The notes under the pieces were generated by a model. It was not told the DNA's origin and ran no database searches. It saw only the letters and a program-made list of their open reading frames with translations. Made by a program: the position numbers and the translations under genes. This document shows positions 1 through 6,863 of a stretch of DNA of 64,000 nt, one piece after another. Numbering within the stretch: position 1 is the stretch's first letter; each line of letters opens with the position of its first letter. The stretch is from Alphaproteobacteria bacterium (GTDB lineage: Bacteria > Pseudomonadota > Alphaproteobacteria > MPNO01), in NCBI GenBank assembly GCA_963667285.1, contig OY763326.1:3055546-3119545 (forward strand), read 5' to 3'.

Positions 1-115
1 GGGCCCGTGCAGTCATCGAAGTCGCCCGGTGAGCGTTTACGCTTTCGCCGCGATCGTCAAGCGAAAGGCGCGGGGGACTGACAAGCGCTCCGCCGCCGGC
101 CTATGCTCGCCGGCG

Positions 116-631
116 ATGCGCACGCTCTATCTGCTGAGGCACGCCAAGTCGGACTGGGGCGATCCCGGGCTCGGCGATTTCGACCGGCCGCTGGCCGCGC
201 GCGGCAGGCGGGCCGCGCCGGCGGTGGCGGGGTGGATGCGGGACAACGGCTGCGCGCCCGGATACGTGCTGTGCTCCACCGCGCGGCGGGCGGCCGAGAC
301 CTGGGCGCTGGTCGCCGACGTGCTGGAGCGCGCGCCCGAGGTCGAGACCACCGGGGAGCTCTACCACGCCGCGCCGGCCGGGCTGTTCGCGCTCGCCCGG
401 GCGCTTCCGGACCGCCACGATTCGGCGATGATGGTCGGGCACAACCCCGGCTTCCACCTCCTCGCCTGCGCGCTGGCGGGCGAGGGGCCCGACGACCTGC
501 TGCGCCTTCTCGCCGCGGGCTACCCCACCGCCGCGCTGGCCGGCATCGCGTTCGACGCCGCAAGCTGGTCGGAGATCGCGCCCGGCGCCGGCCGCCTGAT
601 TTGCTTCGTCCGGCCCCGGGCGCTGGCGTAG
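116..631 (+). CDS. SixA-like phosphohistidine phosphatase (histidine phosphatase superfamily)
   Basis: The N-terminus LYLLRHAKS matches the RHG-type catalytic motif and the protein carries the GHNP block. The 172-aa length is typical of SixA. ATG at 116 lies inside the longer six-frame ORF 29..631. Confidence 0.75.
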   Translation: MRTLYLLRHAKSDWGDPGLGDFDRPLAARGRRAAPAVAGWMRDNGCAPGYVLCSTARRAAETWALVADVLERAPEVETTGELYHAAPAGLFALARALPDRHDSAMMVGHNPGFHLLACALAGEGPDDLLRLLAAGYPTAALAGIAFDAASWSEIAPGAGRLICFVRPRALA

Positions 632-983
632 AGTTCCCGCACGTCGTCAATTCGACCGGGGCGCGAAGCGCGTCCCCCAATGTCGTCATTTCGACCGGAG
701 CGCGAAGCGCGGAGTGGAGAAACCTCCCGGCCCCACGGGGACGAGGTTTCTCCCCTTCGACAAGCTCAGGGCAGGCTACTCCGCCGTGCTGCCGCACGGC
801 TCCGGTCGAAATGACGAGAGTGGGTCCGCCGTGCCGCGCACCGCTACGCCCCGGATCAAGTCCGGGGTCCGACGAAATGACAGAGTGGCGCGGGCGTGTC
901 GAGTGACGGGTATCGGACCGCCTTCGCCACCCCGGATTGCCGCCGCCGCCCCATGTCGTCATTTCGACCGGGGCGGCCCCCGG
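632..983. repeat. Array A of nested-palindrome MITE/REP-like elements (core gtcgtcatttcgaccgg ... ccggtcgaaatgacga; inner hairpin ggagaaacctc-N15-gaggtttctcc)
   Basis: Inverted repeats were read directly from the sequence. The first ~125 bp are near-identical to 2332..2455. Confidence 0.7.
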
Positions 984-1427
984 TCAGTACCCGAAGGCGT
1001 ACTGACCGCCAGGCAGCAGCGTGAAAGTGCCTTTCCGAAGGATATCGCGGCCGATGATGGCCTGATATCTGCTGAGGCCAGCCCCTTCGGGATTGAGGCC
1101 GGGCGCCAGCACCGGACCGGCCAGATCCCAGTTCTCCGATCCTATGAGATCCTCCGTGCTGTCGTGATCCAGCAGGAAAAAGAACTGCACCTGGTAGAGA
1201 GACACTTCCACGGCCGGGCCTGCGGTGTGCAGCGTTCTTTGACCGCGTGGCTCCAGCCGGAGATAGTCGACGACCGGCTTCAAGATGCAGGAACTCAGCG
1301 CCCCGGTGTCGAACAAGGCCGGGCACATGTGAGGAGCGTCGCTTTTCGGTGAGGTGCCTTCCGGCAGGATGCCGACCTCGCGGATCGGCCCCGCGTTCCA
1401 CTCAAAGCGGCCTGAGAGCACCGGCAT
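984..1427 (-). CDS. Retropepsin-like (clan AA) aspartic protease
   Basis: Carries the active-site motif ALFDTGAL and the retropepsin flap/dimer motif IIGRDIL, and ends ...GQYAFGY. ATG at 1427. Confidence 0.7.
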   Translation of the reverse strand: MPVLSGRFEWNAGPIREVGILPEGTSPKSDAPHMCPALFDTGALSSCILKPVVDYLRLEPRGQRTLHTAGPAVEVSLYQVQFFFLLDHDSTEDLIGSENWDLAGPVLAPGLNPEGAGLSRYQAIIGRDILRKGTFTLLPGGQYAFGY

Positions 1428-1680
1428 GAGACAGATATCCTAGATCGACGGCCTGATCGGTCACTTCCTGGATGGAGAACCGACCGTCCTCGTACAGATT
1501 GGAGCCCGCGACGAAAGCATCCCGGCTCGTGTCGAAGAAATCGACTATCCGTGCATCCCGCATGAGCGCAAACTTGTTTCGATGCTCTTTGAGCAGGTCC
1601 GGCAGGTGCTCGCGGAACGCACGGTAGTTCCGCTCGACCTCTTCCTGCTGAGCCGACCTTTCCGTTCGATCGTTGTCCAT
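1402..1680 (-). CDS. Hypothetical 92-aa protein; 3' end overlaps the protease gene by 26 nt
   Basis: ATG at 1680 sits 8 nt behind a GGAG. Stop TGA is at 1404..1402, inside the protease ORF in another frame. The six-frame ORF extends to 1734 but has no better start. No motif was recognised. Confidence 0.45.
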   Translation of the reverse strand: MDNDRTERSAQQEEVERNYRAFREHLPDLLKEHRNKFALMRDARIVDFFDTSRDAFVAGSNLYEDGRFSIQEVTDQAVDLGYLSHAGALRPL

Positions 1681-2010
1681 CGAGAGTCTCCGCTGCCCGT
1701 GCGGTAAGGTAATTCCGAAACGACCGGCTGTCATTTCTGGTACGGTTCGATGGGGCGGTTTTCCCGCGCTTGCCCACAGACGGCCGGGATGATTCTCCAG
1801 CCCCCATCAACGATTTCCGCCACTTGCAGCCGCATCGAGAAGATTTTTCTCAGCCGTGGGGAAGATGCGGAGGGCGGCGGATAGCCGCGGTCAGGACACA
1901 CCTTCGACCCGCTTGCACTCCAGTCAGAGGGACAGGTTCCCTTCGACAGGGGCTCACAAAGAAAGGTTGACCGGCGAGCGGCTGGTGCGGATCGGCAACC
2001 GGAACGTCGC

Positions 2011-2331
2011 GCCGCCGGGGTGCTGGAGGGCGGTCCGGAGGTCGAGACCACCGGAGATCTCTACCACGCCGCCCCGGCCGGGCTGTTCGCGCTCGCCCGG
2101 GCGCTCCCGGACCGGCACGATTCGGCGATGATGGTCGGGCACAACCCCGGCTTCCACCTCCTCGCCTGCGCGCTGGCGGGCGAGGGGCCCGACGACCTGC
2201 TGCGCCTTCTCGCCGCGGGCTACCCCACCGCCGCGCTGGCCGGGATCGCGTTCGACGCCGCGAGCTGGTCGGGCATCGCGCCCGGCACCGGCCGCCTGAT
2301 TTGCTTCGTCCGGCCCCGGGCGCTGGCGTAG
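2011..2331 (+). pseudogene. Partial duplicate of the sixA 3' end (no catalytic N-terminus)
   Basis: By eye it is ~95% identical to sixA positions ~320..631, with scattered substitutions. The translation (six-frame ORF 2020..2331) matches the SixA C-terminus ...GHNPGFHLLACALAGEGPDDLLRLLAAGYPTAALAGIAFDAASW... Confidence 0.75.
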
Positions 2332-2830
2332 AGTTCCCGCACGTCGTCCTTTCGACCGGGGCGCGAAGCGCGTCCCCCAATGTCGTCATTTCGACCGGAG
2401 CGCGAAGCGCGGAGTGGAGAAACCTCCCGGCCCCACGGGGACGAGGTTTCTCCACTCCGCCGTGCTCCGCACGGCTCCGGTCGAAATGACGAGGGGAGTG
2501 TGCGCCGTGCTGCGCACGGCTGCGCCCCGGATCAAGTTCGGGGTCCGTCGAAATGACAGAGGGGCGCGGGCGTGTCGAGGGACGGGTATCGGACCACCTT
2601 CGCCACCCCGGACTGCCGCCGCCCTCCCCACATCGTCATTTCGACCGGAGCGCCGGAGGCGCGCAGTGGAGAAACCTCCCTGCCAATGGGGACGAGGTTT
2701 CTCCACTCCGCCGTGCTGCGCACGGCTCCGGTCGAAATGACGATGGGGGCCGCCGTGTTGCGCGCGGCTGCGCCCCGGATCAGGTTCGGGGTCCGTCGAA
2801 ATGACGACATGGTGGGACAGCGCGGAGCGG
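2332..2830. repeat. Array B of the same MITE/REP-like palindromic elements (more units than array A)
   Basis: It repeats the gtcgtcatttcgaccgg / ggagaaacctc...gaggtttctcc / ccggtcgaaatgacga modules. The ccccggatca(a/g)gttcggggtcc hairpins occur three times. Confidence 0.7.
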
Positions 2831-2906
2831 TGCGCCCAGGACCGCCCGGCTTGCCGAAGCCGCGGCGACGGGCGACACTGCCGGCCGACCGAACAGGAGT
2901 CCGCCG

Positions 2907-4151
2907 ATGCACCCGGTGCAGCTCTTCCACTGGCATTTCATGGCCTATCCCTACCTGCCGGAGGATTTCGACGAGCGCTTCGACACCGGCTGGGTGACGG
3001 TGCCCAACCGCCTGTGGGACCGCGAGCGGACCGACGGGCTCTACCAGGAATATATCGACCAGCTCGCCGAGGCGGCCGGGCTCGGCTTCGACGGGCTGGT
3101 GCTCAACGAGCACCACCAGAACATCTACGGGCTGATGCCGTCGCCCAACATCATCGCGTCCGCGCTGACCCAGCGCACCGAGCGCGCCAAGCTGGTCGTG
3201 CTCGGCAACCTGCTGCCGCTCCACCTCAACCCGCTCCGCGTGGCCGAGGAATACGCGATGATCGATTCGATCTCGGGCGGGCGGCTGATCGCCGGCTTCG
3301 CCGTCGGCGGCGGGCCCGAGGCGTACAACTACAACATCCCATCGCCGCAATCGCGCCAGCGCTTCTGGGAGGCGGTCGACCTGATCCTGCGGACCTGGAC
3401 CGAGGACGGGCCGTTCGAGCACGAGGGGCCGTCCTACCCGCTGCGCTACGTCAATATCTGGCCCAAGCCGCGCCAGACGCCGCACCCCAGGGTGTGGATC
3501 CCGGGCAGCCTCAGCGCCGAGACCATGGACCACGTGGCCAGGCGCGGCTTCGACTACTTCCTGTCGTCGCGCACCCACGGGGCGGCGACCCGCCAGGCGC
3601 GCGAGCGCTTCGCCGACATCCTCGAGCGCCACGGCGACGCCTACCACCCGTTCCGCATGGGGGTGCTGCTGTCGGTCTATGTCGGCGAGACCGACGAGCA
3701 GGCGAAGGAGGAGGCGGAGGAGGGGGTCTGGTACTTCCTCAAATACTGCCTCAAGGGCCATCTCAGGCGCAGCGGGCGGACGCTCACCTTCGGCCCCGGC
3801 GTGCCGTCGCAATCGGTGCGCTCGTGGCGCGCCTTTCTGGAGAACTCGACCCCGGGCGCGCCGATGCTGGGCGACGCCGACGACTGGGAGGAGCTCGAAT
3901 CCAAGGCCTCGATCGTGGTCGGCAGCCCGGCCACGGTGCGCGAGAAGCTGTGGGCGCTGATCGAGCAGGCCGAGGTCGGCAACCTGCTGATCCAGTTCCA
4001 TTTCGGCAACATGGAGGATTCGCTGGCGCGGAAGAGCGCCCGCCTGTTCGCCGAGCAGGTGGCGCCCGATTTGCGCGCGCGCTCGGCCGAGCTGTTCGCC
4101 CGCAAGTACCCGGCGCTGGCCGACCGCCCGGCCGCGAGCGCGGCGGAATGA
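2907..4151 (+). CDS. LLM-class (luciferase-like) flavin-dependent oxidoreductase
   Basis: A 414-aa ORF with the typical TIM-barrel luciferase-like sequence profile throughout. Confidence 0.85.
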   Translation: MHPVQLFHWHFMAYPYLPEDFDERFDTGWVTVPNRLWDRERTDGLYQEYIDQLAEAAGLGFDGLVLNEHHQNIYGLMPSPNIIASALTQRTERAKLVVLGNLLPLHLNPLRVAEEYAMIDSISGGRLIAGFAVGGGPEAYNYNIPSPQSRQRFWEAVDLILRTWTEDGPFEHEGPSYPLRYVNIWPKPRQTPHPRVWIPGSLSAETMDHVARRGFDYFLSSRTHGAATRQARERFADILERHGDAYHPFRMGVLLSVYVGETDEQAKEEAEEGVWYFLKYCLKGHLRRSGRTLTFGPGVPSQSVRSWRAFLENSTPGAPMLGDADDWEELESKASIVVGSPATVREKLWALIEQAEVGNLLIQFHFGNMEDSLARKSARLFAEQVAPDLRARSAELFARKYPALADRPAASAAE

Positions 4152-4966
4152 GCGCCCGCGAGGTCGCCCTTCCACGGGGCCGCAAGGTCCAGATCGCCGA
4201 GGCCGGGGACGGCCCCGCCGCGGTCTATCTGCACGGCATCGCCGACATCCACGGCGCGTCGTTCGGCTGGCTGCCGTTCCACGAGGCGCTCGCCCGACGT
4301 CTCGCGCTGATCGCGCCCGCCCATCCCGGCTGCGCCGCGAGCCCGGAGGACGAGGCGCTCGAGACCGTCGACGATCTGGTGTTCCACTATCTCGAGCTGT
4401 TCGACGCGCTCGGGCTGGAGACGCTGCGCCTCGCGGGATCGTGCATCGGCGGCTGGATCGCGGCCGAGATCGCGGTGCGCCACCCGGAACGCATCGAGCG
4501 CCTCGCGCTGATCGGCCCGACCGGGCTGTTCGTCCCCGGCGCGCCGATCGCCGACGTGTTCTGGGAGACCCACCCGGCCGACGGGGTGTCGTTCGCGGCG
4601 CTGCGCGGCCTGCTGTTCGGCGACGCCGGGTCGGAGACCGCCCGCGCCATGTTCCCCGACCTCCGCGGCGACATCGACCAGGAGGTGCTGCGCTACCAGC
4701 TGTTCCGCTTCGCCTCGCGCATCGGCTTCAACCCGCCTTATCTGCACAGCCGGCGGCTCGCCGAACGCCTGGGACGCTTTCGCGCGCCGGCGCTGGTGGT
4801 CCAGGGCGCCGACGACCGGCTGGTGCCGCGCCGCCACGGCGAGGTCTATGCCGAGGGGTTCGCCGACGCCCGGCTGGAGATCGTCGACGGCGCCGGCCAC
4901 AGCGCCTTCGCCGAGCGCCCCGGGGCGGTCGCGGCGCTGGTCGCCGACTTCCTCGCCGGCCCGTGA
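4148..4966 (+). CDS. Alpha/beta hydrolase fold protein
   Basis: The protein begins MSAREVALPRG... and carries the nucleophile elbow GSCIGG. Its ATG overlaps the upstream stop as ATGA. Confidence 0.8.
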   Translation: MSAREVALPRGRKVQIAEAGDGPAAVYLHGIADIHGASFGWLPFHEALARRLALIAPAHPGCAASPEDEALETVDDLVFHYLELFDALGLETLRLAGSCIGGWIAAEIAVRHPERIERLALIGPTGLFVPGAPIADVFWETHPADGVSFAALRGLLFGDAGSETARAMFPDLRGDIDQEVLRYQLFRFASRIGFNPPYLHSRRLAERLGRFRAPALVVQGADDRLVPRRHGEVYAEGFADARLEIVDGAGHSAFAERPGAVAALVADFLAGP

Positions 4967-5457
4967 TCCGCGCCCTCGACCAGGACGACCGGCCACAAAT
5001 CCTCGCCATCGTCAACGCGGCGGCGGAAGCCTATCGCGGCATCATCCCGCCCGACCGCTGGAAGCAGCCCTACATGCCGGAAGGCGAGCTCGCCGCCGAG
5101 ATCGCCGCCGGCATCGCCTTCAGCGGCTGGGACGACGGCGGGCTGCAGGGCGTGATGGGCGTCCAGCCGGTGGACGACGTGATCCTGATCCGCCACGCCT
5201 ATGTCCGCCCCGAACGCCAGGGCGCGGGAATCGGCACGGCGCTGCTCGCCGCGCTCTGCCGCGACGTCGACCGCCCCATCCTGATCGGCACCTGGGCGGC
5301 GGCGAGCTGGGCCATCCGGTTCTACCAGGCCCGCGGATTCGCGCTCGTCGCCGAGGACGAGAAGGCCGGGTTGCTCAAGCGCTACTGGACCGTGCCGGAC
5401 CGGCAGATCGAGACCTCGGTGGTGCTGGCGGACGCGCGGTGGTTCGGGGGGCGGTGA
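4963..5457 (+). CDS. GNAT family N-acetyltransferase
   Basis: A GTG start overlaps the hydrolase stop (GTGA). The acetyl-CoA binding motif reads RQGAGIGTALL. Confidence 0.75.
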   Translation: MIRALDQDDRPQILAIVNAAAEAYRGIIPPDRWKQPYMPEGELAAEIAAGIAFSGWDDGGLQGVMGVQPVDDVILIRHAYVRPERQGAGIGTALLAALCRDVDRPILIGTWAAASWAIRFYQARGFALVAEDEKAGLLKRYWTVPDRQIETSVVLADARWFGGR

Positions 5458-5583
5458 GAGCCGGGGGCGTCCCTTCGACAGGCCCAGGGCAGGCTCTTCG
5501 GGGCTGTTCAGGATGAGGGTATCTTGTCGGCCGCGCCATCGAAGGACGCAAAGCCGCATCGTTCCAGCCACGACGGGCAGGGC

Positions 5584-6012
5584 CTATCGAGCCGTCTCCC
5601 CGGCGACCCGATCGCGCCGCGGCCGCCCGCCCTTGCGGCCGTTCTTCCGCGCCGCCGCGGCCTTGGCGGGCGAGCGGGCCTTGCCGCCCGCCGCGCCCAG
5701 ATGCGCGGCCATCCAGCTCCGGGAGCCGAGGACGCCCCGCAACATTGCCGGAACGTAGAGATCGGCGTCGAGCCTGGGCCAGTGCAGGCCGAGCCCGGTC
5801 GGGCTGACCTCGATCTCGGCCAGGTCTCCGGGCGAGGCGCCGGCCAGGCCTTCCGCCAGCGCCACCGGAAACGTCACCTCGATGCCGGTGTTCAACCGCA
5901 CGACCACCCGGCGTCTCCGCCGGTCGTAGCGGGCGGACAGCACATGGCCGGCGTCGCGCTCTTCCCGCGTCCGCGCCGCCGCCCGTTCCAGCTCAGCCTC
6001 GGTCATGGTCAT
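5584..6012 (-). CDS. DUF2442-like protein with Lys/Arg-rich C-terminal tail
   Basis: Start is the tandem ATG codons MTMT at 6012..6007. The DUF2442-like core reads VVRLNTGIEVTFPV...LHWPRLDADLYVPAMLRG. The tail ends ...ARKNGRKGGRPRR. Confidence 0.55.
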   Translation of the reverse strand: MTMTEAELERAAARTREERDAGHVLSARYDRRRRRVVVRLNTGIEVTFPVALAEGLAGASPGDLAEIEVSPTGLGLHWPRLDADLYVPAMLRGVLGSRSWMAAHLGAAGGKARSPAKAAAARKNGRKGGRPRRDRVAGETAR

Positions 6013-6100
6013 GGCTGCTTCTCCATTCGTCCCACAGGACGGCCGGCGCTCAGGCTGTCCTCCTGGCTCCGAAGTTCCACGCATCCGCATGGTGCTCCCC

Positions 6101-6310
6101 CCCGTCATGCCCGGACTTGTTCCACTGCTGTCCGGTTTGAATTTTCGACGCAGGCTCCGCCCCGAAGGGCGAGACTCTCGCCGCCCCCCCTTTGTCACCC
6201 CGGATCAAGTCCGGGGTGACAACAGGGGACGCAGATGTTCTCGCCCATCGGGGCGGAGCCCGAGGCGAAGGCTAGACCGGACAGCAATGGAACAAGTCCG
6301 GGCATGACGG
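6101..6310. repeat. Long imperfect palindrome (~210 bp) with central GC hairpin gtcaccccggatcaagtccggggtgac; MITE-like
   Basis: The left arm (cccgtcatgcccggacttgttccactgctgtccggt) and the right arm (accggacagcaatggaacaagtccgggcatgacgg) are reverse complements of each other. Confidence 0.6.
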
Positions 6311-6426
6311 ATCAGGCGACACCGCGTCTCAAGGCAGGGAACTTCGGAAACGGAACACCGGCCCCTCCGCGAGCAGTATAACCCAATCGCTTGGCATTCG
6401 TGAGAAACCCGGGTTGGCGCGCGGAT

Positions 6427-6669
6427 TTACGTCCCGTCCCGGCGCATCGGGTTCAACGTCTCGACCCCGGCGAAATCCCTTTCGTTGCCGGTCACCACGA
6501 CGCAGGCGTTCGCCTCCGCCGTCGCCGCGACGATGGTGTCGAGCGCGCTGCGGGGCCGTCCGATCGCCCGGCCCTCCGCCATCAGCCGGGCCCAGGCATG
6601 GGCGGCCTTCTCGTCGAAGGGGAGCACCCGGCCGGCGAACAGCGCCCCCTCGGCTTCGCTCGGGACAGG
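6427..6669 (-). pseudogene. vapC: vapC (PIN-domain toxin) 3' fragment, N-terminal ~60 aa missing
   Basis: The translation ...VLPFDEKAAHAWARLMAEGRAIGRPRSALDTIVAATAEANACVVVTGNERDFAGV matches a VapC C-terminus. The ORF is cut at 6670 by a stop inside a ccctcggcttcgctcgggac repeat. No vapB gene is present. Confidence 0.6.
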
Positions 6670-6739
6670 CTACGCCGCGTATCGAAGGATCGCTTGGAGC
6701 CCCGGAAACCCAAATTAATCCTATATGATAAAATTCTGC

Positions 6740-6768
6740 TTGACATGGGACAGGTTTTGAAGTACATT
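6740..6768 (+). promoter_or_regulatory. Putative sigma70 promoter TTGACA-17bp-TACATT inside an AT-rich islet
   Basis: The sequence cTTGACAtgggacaggttttgaagTACATTtgcc lies in a local AT-rich stretch of a 70% GC genome, ~95 nt upstream of the UbiD ATG. Confidence 0.5.
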
Positions 6769-6863
6769 TGCCATGGTCGCGAGATGGGGCGCCGGGATTG
6801 CCGGCGCCCTTTTTCGCGGCCCGGGCCGGGCCCTATGATGGCGGCGGGAAACATGCGGGAGGG

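Noticed and set aside
1402-1734. Longer 110-aa version of the protease partner starting at 1734
   Set aside because: The first 18 codons (MTAGRFGITLPHGQRRLS) have no SD, whereas ATG at 1680 has GGAG at -8. The shorter 92-aa form was chosen, with low confidence.
632-2830. Possible CRISPR array (regularly recurring ~20-40 bp motifs)
   Set aside because: The units are themselves nested palindromes. Spacing and unit length are irregular, and the spacers are not unique. No cas genes or leader are present. It is better explained as MITE/REP arrays.
2801-4966. 721-aa six-frame ORF spanning the LLM and hydrolase genes
   Set aside because: Arg/Pro/Gly-rich low-complexity translation is typical of an out-of-frame read-through in 70% GC DNA. 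The real genes are 2907..4151 and 4148..4966 in other frames.
6768-6863. TTG start extending UbiD by 32 codons
   Set aside because: The TTG overlaps the predicted -10 box, and the N-terminal extension (PWSRDGAPGLPAPFFAARAG...) is not UbiD-like. ATG at 6864 is preferred.
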